Source of the DNA: Yuukianura sp. NJ FZ-2021 | Taxonomy: Eukaryota | Reading direction: 5' to 3' | Length of the DNA stretch: 64,000 nucleotides | Assembly: GCA_046563655.1 (NCBI GenBank) | Contig: CM102289.1 | Location: forward strand, 930,001-994,000 | In this document: positions 12,081 through 24,718 of the stretch, one piece after another | Position numbering within the stretch: position 1 is the first letter of the stretch | Layout of the letters: every line of letters begins with the position of its first letter | Translations under genes and position numbers: made by a program | The notes under the pieces: generated by a model | What the model was told of the DNA's origin: nothing | Seen by the model: only the letters and a program-made list of their open reading frames with translations | The model's database searches: none

Positions 12081-13777
12081 TTATTGGTTTGGAGAACGTT
12101 GTTGGCGTAGAAGCCGATCTTTCATGGACTTGGACTTGACGTGTAGCTGAGATAGGTCTGATTTGAGTTGTTTCCGCATCTTTTTACCGTCTTGAATCGG
12201 CTTTTTGAGGATTGGCGCATAAGAAATGACGTGCTCTAAAAAGTTTTAAAAAAAATGAATGCATTATTGTTTCTTAGAGTGAAGATTTACAAAAAAATGG
12301 AATTATTACCAATGACGACCAGGGTGATTTCCTCGTCAAAGTGACTACTGATTCCTTGCCGTCGTGTTTTCGAGAATGCAGTAGTTTCCCAAAAATCAAA
12401 ATCCTCCAACGGGTGTCCAATGGCACGAACAAACAGCTCCCGGGCGAATCCTGCCAGAGACGAACTCAATTTCAACTTCCGCAACATTCGTTGATAGATT
12501 TCCTTGGGAATGTCAATCATCCCTCCCAACCGCAACTACGGAAAAAGAACAAAAACTTTTGTAGAGTCTGCGTACACTTTGAAAAAAAGTAAAAACTCAC
12601 CATTCCGCCTTCAATGACCTGAACATCGTTGGAGTAGGGCATATTCAAGGCGGCTATACCGTATACTTGTTCAACCTGCAAAAGAATAGAGTTATTATAC
12701 GCAAAAGTACATCCATGCTCTTGCTCAATGATGATGCCGTAAAAAGCAAATTAGGAACAAGGTTAAACGACTAACCTTGTCAAGCGGAGTCACGTTGTTC
12801 TCCGGTTGTGCAAATCCCTCGTTTTGACCAACAATTAAAATTAGTTCCCCGTCCGTTTCTGAAGGAATGGGCGCACAGGGAACGCCTTCGTCATTGTCTT
12901 TTGACTCCTGTTGTTTATGCCCCTGCGTATGCGTAATCTGAGTCGTACCTCCCACCTCATTCTCATGATTATGGGATCGTTGTGACGATTCAGCTGATTT
13001 TGGTGTTGATTCAGGAATACGCACAACTGCTATGTCTTCAACAGTCACTACTTCCACGTCCATTGGTTGAGGAGATGTAGATGGCGGAGTCTAAGATAAA
13101 AAGACAAAAACAATGATGCAATTAGGTAATATGTAATAGTTCAAAAGCTAGGTCTTGTAAACCCATTGAATTTGGAAATGTTGGAGCCGCTCACCTCGTT
13201 TGGCACGATGGTTCCTGATGGGGGAGTCTCTACCGTAAGCAAGAAGTGTTGACTCGTAGTCGAACCGGATTCCCTCGACGACATCGATGACGGCGTATCC
13301 AATGTTCGTGGCATACAATTCAGGTTGCGCAGTTTCGCCTCTGCGACTTCCATCCAGACGTCGTGGTTCCTAGGTGCTGTAATTCTAAATGTCTAAACAT
13401 AAACAAAAGGACATGGTTAACCTTTCAATTGTTTATGATAGAAATTGAGTCCTTTGTTACACCGACCTTGTCAATGTAGCAATAAGGATAGCCACTTCCT
13501 CCCGACCTTGCTCCAATACTCCGTCCATACGTTCCTCGCTCATCGTAGTCATTTCGACATCTACTTTGTCCACTATCACGAGATGATTCGGATCGGCCAG
13601 CAGTTTCAGATTTCCGCTGTTAAGAAAAAACAGACCTGTAAAAGACGGTTGGGGAAAAATTAAAATAGAGTTGGACTGTGAACATACGCTGCTTTGATTT
13701 CCGGAGTAGCTCCTGTCTCGCCTCGTTTCCTCCCTTCGTGTATCCCCCATTTTGGGTATTCTGAATGAAGAATCCAT
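12081..13777 (-). CDS. Intact 402-aa protein: disordered S/T/P/E-rich N-half and C-terminal BEN-like domain
   Basis: Seven exons with GT-AG borders splice in frame: 13777-13688, 13616-13467, 13392-13195, 13090-12776, 12675-12601, 12535-12310, 12235-12081 (1209 nt). The C-terminus LRLGGMIDIPKEIYQRML...FARELFVRAIG...FDEEITLVVIEHV...MRKQLKSDL resembles BEND5/Insensitive-type BEN-solo proteins. Confidence 0.7.
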
Positions 13778-14843
13778 TGAATAATAAGGAAAGGGCGGAG
13801 TGTAGACGACAATGGCTTGACTTTTGATATTTAGCGACGACCAACTTACGACTTTCCTTGGAAGTGCGGGTTAACGATTCGCTGAATACACTCGAAGACT
13901 CGACCAAGTTGAAATCCTACGATATAAATCAAAAATAAATCAAGTCCAGAAGTGGGACAACCTCTAAAATCAGCTCAGGACGAGAGTACATTTTTTTGTC
14001 CTTTCGACTATACACCTTGAGGTCAGAGGTCAGCGTCAACATTTCCCCCCTTATTGTTTTAGCAACTTACCAAACAAGTAACGTCACGATGATGGATTGA
14101 CGATTGAACTTTTAACAAATTCAGCAATACCAACGAAAAGTGTTTAGTGTAGTAAGTTAGTAATGGAAAAGACGACAAACAGACGAAACACGAAACTACA
14201 AAGACGAAATGCTCCGTCCAGGCTTGTCTGTGAAGATTTCTTTTGTTCTGAGTTGTTGTGATGTGAATATGATTCAAAATCACGACTTGTGAACGTGAAC
14301 CCCAGCCGAGCTAGAGGTAACTTCTCCTCCCGTCTACTGACGCAGGAGATGATGCCAGTCTCAGACTGTTTAAAACAGAATTTATAGGCGGTATAGAACA
14401 AGTATAATTAATTACAGAATCAGAATAGGAATAGTATTGAAGTCCATAAAATCAAAAATAATTAACGAATTAAATAATTAACCAAACCTTTTCTTTACCA
14501 AATACGAAAACAGTTTCACAACAAACTGATTTAAAACGGAAATATTTGGAAATTAGAATTTTGAAAAATGGAAAAGGTAATGTAACTAAGACGTCACTAG
14601 TTTCACTAAAAAATAATTGAGTTTCTGAGGCTGAGCAATTTTGGTTTGTATAAAAATATTTAGTAATTAAAAAGTAGTATTTCAGACGCATGAACTATGA
14701 AGCAGAATTCCTTTACTATAAACACAAATACAACGAAATTGGGATCTCACAAAACCACAATGACGGTAGAACAGAATAACGGTATTTTTAAATAAAATAT
14801 ACTGAAAGTGGAATAATGGAGCTGACGCCGTGTCGCTGGTACT

Positions 14844-16041
14844 TTATACCTTATGGGCGGTAACGTTTGTTGGAAAACAGCTCCTTTTGGAAAAGTCGGC
14901 ATAATTGAAGTCGCAGCGTGACATTTCGCGAAAATAATGAAGCCCTCGTCCACATTTGATGATCCAACCGTTGTCTAACCTGAAACGACAGCACAAGTTA
15001 AACTTTAGATTATGAGTTATAGTTCATATTAAGTAGTTGGATTGTTTGTTATGAAAGATTATAAAGGAATTACTAAACTAACCGGACACGCCTATCGTGT
15101 AAATCCGTCTCCTCGTGCCATGACAACTTGACGCCACGCCCATCAAAAAGTTCAACCCCTTCTCTGATCGTCTCCAAACGTGCTCTGTGAGAAGGAAGTT
15201 CGTCAACATATTGACACGGTGAAGTGGTCAACACGATAGATGTTAAGTTGGGGCACATCGTTAGGGCTACACGGCAGAAAGTTCCCAAGTTCTCGTACTA
15301 TTAAAACAAAACAGAAGGGTCTTGCAAATATTATAATAACCATAAGAAATTCTACCAAATGAAATAGATATTATTATAGTCCTAGGCGACATTAAGCTCA
15401 CCTGGACTCCACTTTTGAGGTACGGTTCAGTAATATTGACAATGGTAACCTTGTCGTCAAAGAATTTCCCAAACACGCGTTCATATGGGTAGCCTGTCGC
15501 ACGCGATGGAATGTCGTACTCGAAATAAGTCGGCATCGGCTGTGGTGTACGATTAGTATCAAGATAGTCTTTGAGTTCCTCAGCACGCTGCATGTACTCT
15601 GTCAAAGGAAAAAGTGGATGCACCAGTATTAGCAAGAGTACTAATATTAGCAATGTAACTTACATTATGTAAGTAATGTTTACATGTTATTGATGTAATT
15701 AATTCAGCAGTGTAACTCACTCTCAAAGTATACTTTCCCCTTGGCAACCTCATCCGCATCCCTGTCCAGGTCGAGCGCTTTTATGTACTTGATGTACTCC
15801 GTTAGCCCTTCCTTGTATTTCAGGAAAGATTCAATCGACGGTCCCTGTTGAACAAGTTGATCGGCATCGAATAGGAGGGACTGTGCTTTGTTGTGAACTA
15901 AAAATAAAATTAAACATAAAACAAACAAAACAGCAGTAAGTTAGCAATTTGATTCAACGTTTACCACGATATAGTAAAACAATGATTACTTGTTACGGCG
16001 TCAGCCGGCGATGAATTTTTCGCTGATGAGCTTGAGTCCAT
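14844..16041 (-). CDS. MITD1: MIT domain-containing protein 1-like (MIT + PLD-like MIT_C domain), 258 aa
   Basis: Exons 16041-15990, 15897-15721, 15598-15402, 15297-15083, 14979-14844 (777 nt, in frame). Motifs YKEG, YMQRAEELK, TGYPYERVFG, EPY, LHDRRVRLDNGWIIKCGRGL. Confidence 0.9.
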
Positions 16042-16869
16042 TTTTAAATGTACAGGTACCTAAAATGAAGAATTGAAACAAATTCGAATTAAGATTGAAT
16101 ACCAGCATTATTGATTGTTAGTAATATCTCCGCGCTTAAGACGCGCGATAGCTTTAGTTAACATAATATTAACCATAATTAGGTTACATGATAAAGAATC
16201 TCATTCTGTATTATATGATATTCACATTGTTAACTAGGATATTGATTAATCTCACCAGCAAGGATAACGGAGTCGCAATGTACGCTCAAAAATTGAAATA
16301 GTAAAACGATTTTCTTAATCTTGAAGAATCGAAGTACAGTTATCCTTTTTTTTTATCTAACTTCAACCCGAAAAATGTAAAAGGAAGGCACGGAAACCAT
16401 TGTTGCCAAATGTTAAACTGCCGGTTGTGCAATGGTTAAATGTACTTGACCAACTTGGTATTTCGGCCACTGTATATCCAGGGGATAATTTCATCCGGTT
16501 TTATCCGGAAAAATGGGTGGATAAAATGAGTAGAAATGGCTATTTCCGAGTAGTTCTAACCTAATTTGATGTAGGTGGAAGAAATATTTTATACCTTCGG
16601 CAACACTGGTAAGATGGTACATGTAACACCACTTCTGCAGAGGATGAGGATAAGGCAAGGAGCTGTAATTTAGCTGGAACGAGAAGATATAGTGTGCGAT
16701 GGTACAGTTTCTGCAATACTTCGGTTGGAGTAAGTTTAACACCAGTGTGATTGTAAACGTGCAATGTAGCCACTTCGCTGTGTAACTACAATGGGTGGCT
16801 ACTTTATGTTGCTTTTTTTGTTTGGGCGGCTCTAAAACGTCTCGACTTAGTTATAGTCTCCTATTGTAG

Positions 16870-19800
16870 CAACACAAGACGAACGGAGTGGCGACACCGT
16901 GAGGTATATTTTGATCGTTAAACCTTACTCCAGTCAATATTTCCTTTGCTATCTCATTTTTTATAATATTGTGTACTCACTCATGTGTTGTGCTTCAGTC
17001 TGGACGGAAACGAAATCAATGTCAGTGAACTTGAACAGAACGAAAAAATGGAACAGCACGAAGGGCAGCTGAATATTTCCAAAGAATGTTTTAGAATGTG
17101 CCAACAAGAGTTAAGGTAAGGTTAAAAGTTAAGTAACTTTGCAAAACAATTAACAAAGTGTGAAACGGACTCCAGAATTTCCAATGAAGTGACGGAAAAA
17201 GTGACTGAGGAGAATGAAACATTCCGGAATATTGTTTTAGAGCTGCTGTTGGAGAAATACGGAGAAACGATGGAGACAAACGTAGTGGACGCACTCAGTA
17301 GAGGCAAGTCATTAGCTTTACAAGCCCCAATTTGGTTTTCAATTGCTCCTTTTTTCTATGGTAATACTTTCAGCTGGAGCGTTAGATTTACTGGAGGCGA
17401 TGAGAGTTTATGAGCTGCAGGAAGACGACATTTTGAAACGTACGTTTAAAATTTGCAAAACATTTCAAATTAATATAAATATAAATTGAAGATTGAAATT
17501 ATATCTATTTCTGAGTAGAGAGGATTCTGACACTGGAGAAAAACGTAAAATCACGAGATGACCAGCTCAAATCCGCAGACGAGCGATACCACAACTGCAT
17601 TATCTCCAACTGGGTTGGTATGTTGACCCAAGATGCTAGGACCAACAAAACCAATTTTTCGAAACAACTGAAGGAGCTGAGAACAATGCAGTTAGAAATA
17701 GAGAAACGCTATGAAGGTAGTACTCAGTTTTTATAAAATTTCAACGTTTCTGGTGAATAATTTTCCATGAACGCATCCACATTGTAGAGCGGGAGCAAAG
17801 AATGGAGGAGGATCGCTACGAATCTCTTGAATTTGTTCGCGTAGAACAGGATCGAGACGATATGAAACAGGAAATCGAACAGCTAAAGGAGACCTTGAAT
17901 GGACGAGAAGAAGAATTAGATGCAGTCAAGGAAAGTCTACTAAATCACCAAGGTTTGTAAAGCCTGGTTCACACCGAACCACGGGATGGCTTTTCCAGAC
18001 ACTGAACAGTAATCCAGTCGTTCACACCAGGATTAATTTCTCTTGATGGATTATCGTAGGAAAGTTAGTTGAATTTTTTTATCCATGGACTGGATTTCGG
18101 TTCGTTCACACCGAAAAAATCAATGGAGATTCTTTCCACTCGAATTATTTGTAGTACTGAGAGACGGCAAAAACGATCAAGAGCAAAAGCTCTTGATCGT
18201 TTTGATCTTGATCTCAAAATGGGAAAAATATCCGTCCATGGGAAAAATATTCAACGACTTGGTTTCCCTAAAATCTGGTGTGAACCAAACAAAACCTTAT
18301 GCATTGACTAGACATCCAGTAGATGGAAAACCCATGTAGTGGTGTGGGGTGAATCCGTCTTAAGAGTTTATTGTTATTTTGTTTTTTGACTAATTCCGCT
18401 CCAAAATGTTTATTTTCTTATGCCTTTTAGGAATGATGCAAAGTCTGGAAGAAGAGATTTACTCTAAAAATGAGAAAATGGAAATTGTTGAAAGTAAATA
18501 CAGTGAGAATGTTGCGTTCCTTAAGGCCGAACAAGAAATGACTCACACTAGGAATGGTGAAATTGAAAAACTAACAGATCACTTGAGGGCACGTGAAGCG
18601 GAATTGAAGCTATCGCAGGACACTCTTTTGAGCAAGGAAAGTAAGCGACAACTTTTATTTTGTCGTTGTAGGTTTGAGAAAAATTCCAAATGTATGTCCT
18701 TTGTTTTTTTAGAACAATTTAGGGAACTCAAGATGCAGCTGGACGAAACGAAGATTATGTTGAATTCCACAAGAAGTAACTTTTCCAAAACTGTAACGCA
18801 GCATAATGCCAAGGTGCAGGAGCTCCGCCTAGAACAAGAGACTAAGATTCAGCGGCTAAATGACAACTTGAACGCTCGACAGTCAGAATTGGAGCAAACA
18901 AATCAGACTCTTTCGCGCATTAAAGGTTATGAATTGTGTATTGAAATTGCTTCGAAGACATTCGTTAAAATATCGAACTATATTTGAATTCCAGCTCTTC
19001 ATGAAACACTTCAAAGTGAGTTGGAAACAACAAAGCAAGAATTGAGCTCTACACGGAATGAATTACTCTCCAATGTTGAATTGCACCAAGTGGAAATGGA
19101 AAAAGCTTTAAAAGTACAACAGAAAGAACAGAATTCAATTATCTCAAAAATGGCACAAATTTTTCGGAAAAATCTGTTTTCACTGATAGATTTTTGCTTG
19201 TATGCTTTTATGCCCGGATGACATAGAAAATGACCAATACAATTCGCCTCATTGAGAGAAGCAACTTTTGAATATTTCATGTGACCCTCAGTGACCTCCT
19301 CCTGGGTCAAAGGTCAACTTCTCTCTTTGACGTTCTAACTTATATTGTGCATTTATGATTGACAATTGTGTGCTAGTACGGACAGCCGATCGCGAATGCA
19401 GAACCCTCCTTCGCTACTTTTTTAACTCCGCTTTATTTACTTTCACTTTGACTTTCAGAAAGGAATGAAACGCTGGAAAAGAAGCTAAACCTCGTTAAGG
19501 AACAATTGAGACTTGAACAAAATGAGCATTCTAAGAATATGGCATTCCTCCAGGAGCAAAAAGTTGACGCCCAAAGAGAACACGAGCTCCAAATGCTTCA
19601 GGGCAATGAGGACTTGAGGGTACGACAGTCGGAATTGGAGGAGCTGAAACTGTCCCTTCATTTCATTCGATCCGAGACAGAGAAGGCGCAACAACTACAT
19701 CATGACGAATTGGAGAGGCTAAAGGAGGACTTAAGGGTGAGAGAGGGCAAGTTGGAAACCTTGAACCAAACTATTTTCAATGAGGAAGGTTAGCTTGCTT

Positions 19801-20372
19801 TGTTTATCTTTGACAAGGCCCTTATTCATGTCGCTGTTTTTTGCAGAGTTGGTTCAAAAGTTGGAAGAGGACTTGAAATCCAAAGTGACCGAGCTGAACT
19901 CCACCCAGAACGACTTGTACAAAGCTTTTGCGACCTGCAAGAAATGGGAAGAGGTGGAGAAAACACAATCCCAACAAACCAAACGACTGAGCGAGGACTT
20001 AAGGGAGAAAAACCAGGAATTGGATAAAGTTAAACAAAGTGTACTAAACAAGGAAGGTTTGCTTTTTTGTAATTTCTGGAAACTTGTCTTATTTTGTTCG
20101 AACTAAATGTGGCTTTATGTCTTTTGTTTTGTAGAGCGGATTCTCATTTTTGAATTTGAATTTTATTTTTACCAAATGGTGCCCTGTTGACACGTCATTA
20201 TACCATGGCGTCTTATGAAGTAGTGCTTATTTGCTTATTTCTCATGTTGGAAAAAGAGGCGACGGAAATGAATGAGCGACTGAAATCTTTGAGAAAGTTT
20301 GCTAACACTTTTGTTGAAGAAAATGAACGAGTGAAAGTCGCAGCCAAAAGTCTCAGATGGAACCCAAAATAG
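16870..20372 (+). CDS. Long multi-exon coiled-coil protein; 5' end unresolved, possibly pseudogenising
   Basis: A series of E/K/Q/L-rich exons with mostly phase-1 introns (approximately 17518-17716, 17788-17952, 18431-18640, 18712-18925, 18994-19150, 19459-19788, 19848-20056). No clean donor near 19150, and a frameshift in the last exon (20135-20372). Confidence 0.65.
17961..18360. mobile_element. PIF/Harbinger-type MITE in an intron of the coiled-coil gene
   Basis: TAA flanks on both sides (17958-17960, 18361-18363). Imperfect TIR agcctggttcacacc / ggggtgaatccgtct. Internal gttcacacc repeats. Confidence 0.6.
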
Positions 20373-20804
20373 ATTACATAACATAATAGTGCATAGTAGT
20401 AATATATATTAACATATAACGTATATTTTAAAATCTGTTATGTTGTAATGAGAAGTTACAGGTGACATGTAGCTTCCGAATTGCGTTGTTCCTAAATTGA
20501 TTTGTTAAATCTCAAATTTCTTAGCTTTTTATTCACAATTTAACCTGAAGTGTTCTAAAATGTAACTTCCTCATTCATGAGAAACTAACAAGCGCAGTAC
20601 GCGTGTTTTTTCTAAAAATCAATATAATTTTTCTGAAATTTCGGTTACGTTGTTTGTTGAGTAATGATGTGAGTTTATTAATATTATAATATATTAATAT
20701 GATATTTAAGTGTATTCTTATAGTGATGAAATGGATATGAGCGAGGTTAATCCGGTTTTATCCGGTTTTGTTAAAGATGCTTGCCAAAATGGTAATGAGC
20801 GGAA

Positions 20805-21258
20805 CTAGCGTAACTGCTGCTGTGTCATTAGGAGCATTGGCAATAAAGAGAAGTTGAACAAACTGCCAAAAGCTGTAAAAAATGTTATAATAATATTAAA
20901 TATCTATATAATTATATATAAATGATTACAAATTTGTGAAAATTTTAAAAATCTTACTTCTTGCTTCTGGTGTAATGAGACCGTCCCGACTAAGATCAGG
21001 TTCCGACAGGCTCTCAGCTCCATTCAAAATACTTTCCCACACGTCTGCGCCAATGCCCTCTCCAAGCAGGATTTCAGCCACTTCTGGCGACAGTTTGTTC
21101 ATCATGTCATTCTTTCACAAAATAAAATTTCAAATTTAAAAAAAAAATGAAATTCAAAAATGAAAAAAATTTTTGTGACTTACAGTCGGGAGTGACAGAG
21201 TTAGCGAGGCCAAGGACGTGATTCCAGTCACGAATAAAAACGTTCCAGAGAACTTCAT
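20805..21258 (-). CDS. Small secreted prepropeptide-like protein, 98 aa
   Basis: Exons 21258-21184, 21111-20958, 20872-20805 with GTAAG donors. Signal peptide MKFSGTFLFVTGITSLASLTLS, acidic middle region, then PEAR/TFGSLFNFSLLPMLLMTQQQLR*. Confidence 0.65.
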
Positions 21259-22670
21259 TTTGAAAATTTAAACTCAAACTTTTTCAAAGAAACAGCAGAA
21301 AATTGTTAAATTCAAAATTAAAAATGGAACTTTTTCGTTTGGAATGGAACCTAATACTGGATACAATTCGAGTCAAAATTGAAAATGAAAATATGAAACC
21401 TAGTTTTTTTTTTGTGAATTATCGCTTCTTAAGCAATTCTTCTGCCGTCCTACTGTGTGTTGTGGTTGTGTTTGTTTGTTGAGGTTGAGTGTTCCAGAAA
21501 TAGACGGACGACGGAGTTCAAACTTGCCGCCAAATTTGAAAATCTGGAAATCGCAAAATGTGGGTTCAAAGTGACCCACTTACTGGTCAATTCACTGTTT
21601 AAATTTTTAACCAGAAGTTGATTCTTTTTAAATTTGAATTGCCAGTAACGGACGAAAAGTTTTACTTTTGCATTGGGTGCAGGTAAAATCAAAACCAAGT
21701 TGATCAAAAAGTGAAACTTTTTAAAAAAAGAAAATTTCAAATGTTACAATTAGTTGTTTGGGTGAAATGACAGTTTCATCTGATACCGTTGTGTCGGGTT
21801 GAGATGATTCATCGAATGCTTCCGGACTGGCCTCCGACTCAAGACCGAACAACAACAATACACTTTTACATTAGTTCTTATGGGAAAATAAGTTGTGTGT
21901 ACTTTTTGTCTTTAGTAGTATTCATTCATTCATAAGTCTCCTGCATCTGTTTGGATTCAGTCCTATCTTTCAATGAACAGATTTCCTTTCTTTAAGTAAT
22001 TAACGGTAATTCAAGTAATTAGCCAAATAAACCAGTAAAACTTAAATCATCTTTGGATCCAATCCAGAACCAGCGCCTCATTCATGTCATTAGTAAGTTA
22101 GGTTTCGCTAGGCTAGGTTGTTTTTATGTTTGCTTTTTACTGTTTGACCTGTTCACTTTTTGAGCAAATTGTTTTTGACCCAGTTACACAGAACGGCATT
22201 GTAGTCTTATTATGTTAGGTTAAACGGAGATGGGAAAAAGTAAAGTATTGCGAAAAATTTCATGTGACTATTTGGTTGAACACATGTATTCCACTTATCT
22301 TAAGCGTGAACTCACGAGGTCATCTAAACTAACAAATTCCAAGAACTGCATTTTTAAATCGAAAGATAAATTTCAAAATTTTCACAAGAACATCCTGCCT
22401 AACTGGAACAAGATTGTTTTAAATTCAAGTGAATTTCAAACCTTTGATGAAAATTCTTGTTTTTCCGAATCGCATTTTTAATTTCTAAAAGTTCTTGAGA
22501 AATTTACATGATGAAAAGTTTCAACCTACGATATAAAACCAAAACCCAACTCAAAATCTTCAACGCAGTAGGCTATAAGTAACTACTTACTTAAAACATT
22601 GAAGTTCATAAAATCAAATTTTGGACTTTTATAATTTGGATACCAAACATTTTGAATTTGTGTCGCTACG

Positions 22671-23927
22671 ATGGGTTATTCTCGGCAGATCATTTTTTCC
22701 TTTTGTATTTTCTTCATCGGCAGTACCATTGCAAATGTAAAATTGAATTTTTTGGAAATCTCAACTGCTCCAACGCTTTTTGTGCCTTTTTAATAAAGAT
22801 CTTTTTTCATTTTCTTTTTAATTTTTCTTTTTCCAAAAATTTGTTTCTTAGCAACCAGATTCCGGACAACGCGACAAACGGAACGTTACTGAATACTCTG
22901 ACGAAGTCATGAATGGGGTAACAATTTTCAGTTTTCCTAATAAAATGCTTGTTCAAGTTTAAAAATTTTGAAACAAACTTTTGTAAAATAATATTTTGAT
23001 TCACTTTGTACATTTCCAGACGCGTCACTTTGAGGAAGAACTGCAACGACAACATACAATACTGCAACTGCTTGGTGAACGTTACGCTACACTTGTAGCA
23101 AAAGATCAACAGCTGACGGAGCAAGACGGTATACTAGCAACACAAGACGCAGACCTTGCTATGCAAATGTTCAATCAGAACGCAGTTCTTGAATGGCGCA
23201 ACGCAGAACTCACTAACCAAATTAAGCAACTTAGCAATCAAACCCAAAAACTTTTTAGACTCAACGCTCAACTCGTTAGAAAGGTGGAACTATTGGACAG
23301 AAAACATACAAATCAAACACAAATTTTGGAGCGTACGACGGAGGTACTGGATTCCAAAGTATTCCGACTAGCTTCCGTAGTACTACGCAGGTCAAACAAC
23401 CCCGGAGTGGTAATTTTCGCATACACTTTTTCTGACGAGGGAAACCTTTTGGCCGTATCTCGAAATTTCGGAGTTAAAAAATACAGGTTTGTACGTTTGA
23501 CAAAAATGTGTAAATCTAGGATTTTTTGTGAAAAATAGAGTGAGAGCAGTGCACCTACCGTGATATTCTATGGTCTCAAGCAATACCGTCCTGGTCCTGG
23601 TTCAAGTAAATTAATTAAATTTTCTACATTGATTTTTAAGTTAGCTCAATCTTAAGACTAAAAAAATAATGTTTCGTAGAACAACCCGAAAAGTTCGAAT
23701 TCAGCGATTCAACCTGTTACGCATCTGAATGCTGTCGAAACTTGCATGTCTTGAATGACGAGTCGCAGTCTCTGCGCACTAATGACGTATGTGTCAAAGT
23801 GTACCTGGACAAAGACTGCTCTGGCCAATCACGCACTTTTCAAAAGCATACATCAATTTCAGATTTAGAAGAGTTCACCGACAAAATCAGTTCAGTCAAG
23901 CCCTGCTATAACAACCTATATTTTTGA
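22671..23927 (+). CDS. Secreted protein: signal peptide, RDKR site, coiled-coil stalk and C-terminal beta/gamma-crystallin-like domain
   Basis: Exons 22671-22736, 22852-22917, 23020-~23490, ~23539-23605, 23680-23927 (the third junction is ambiguous). Domain reads TVIFY..QY...CRNLHVLNDESQSLRTNDVCVKVYLDKDCSGQSRTF...DLEEFTDKISSVKPC, i.e. two Greek-key-like motifs. Confidence 0.75.
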
Positions 23928-23950
23928 CCTTTAAAATAAATGTGACATCT

Positions 23951-24718
23951 TAATAAACCGGTTGTAAACCGCACATAAAAAAGTAGCTTTAGCGTTTAGG
24001 TGTTGTTTTAAAAACAAACTGGACCAATCTGTTCAGGCCCCCGGGGGAGTGGAGGTGGGTTCCCCCACTTTTCCGCCCCCCCCCCCAGTGGAAATGGGGG
24101 GTGAGGTCACGCAAAGATGTGAAGAGGTAGGATCCGGATGAAGCAACAACAGGAGGAATGGGCACTGCACTGGACACTGGACAGTGCATGAGTGTGTTGG
24201 TCAACTGCTGCGTAGTTGATTTTTTGCTAAGCAGAAAACCAACTCCCATGCCATTTACCTTTCCAGTCCCACAAGCAGAGTTTTTTTTACCCACACTTCC
24301 CCCTGCATGAATTCACGTGAACTTTAAAATCGATTTTGACCCGGAAGGAGGTCACTAACCGGAATGATTTTGCAAACTTGATCTCACCCGGGCCATTAGC
24401 TGTTAAATGGTGAAAACCGGAACGAAATCGATCCAGTAGTTTCCGAGATAATTGTGCGGATATTTTCACCTATTTTCAATGGTATTCCCTATGCCAAGAC
24501 GGAAAACGCGATGACGGACAGGCTTTTCTTATGGGACAAGACGGAAAACGCAATGACAATGCTTTCTGCTATGCCAAGACGGAAAACGCAATGACAATGC
24601 TTTCTGCTATGCCAAGACGGAAAACGCGATGACGGACCGGCTTTCCTTATGGGGACAAGACGGAAAACGTGATGACGGACAAAAACACATTTATAAAGTA
24701 GCTAAAGCTACTTAATAA
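23951..24718 (-). mobile_element. Non-autonomous Helentron/DINE-1-like (HINE) element at the duplication junction
   Basis: Perfect 12-bp subTIR aagtagctttag (23981-23992) / ctaaagctactt (24702-24713). Terminal hairpins cggtt-gta-aaccg and aagtagc-taaa-gctactt. Five internal repeats of caagacggaaaacgYRatgac (24490-24680). Confidence 0.75.

Noticed and set aside
24490..24680. Repeat-spacer-like array of caagacggaaaacg units
   Set aside because: The spacers recur (only two types). This is an internal tandem repeat of the HINE element.
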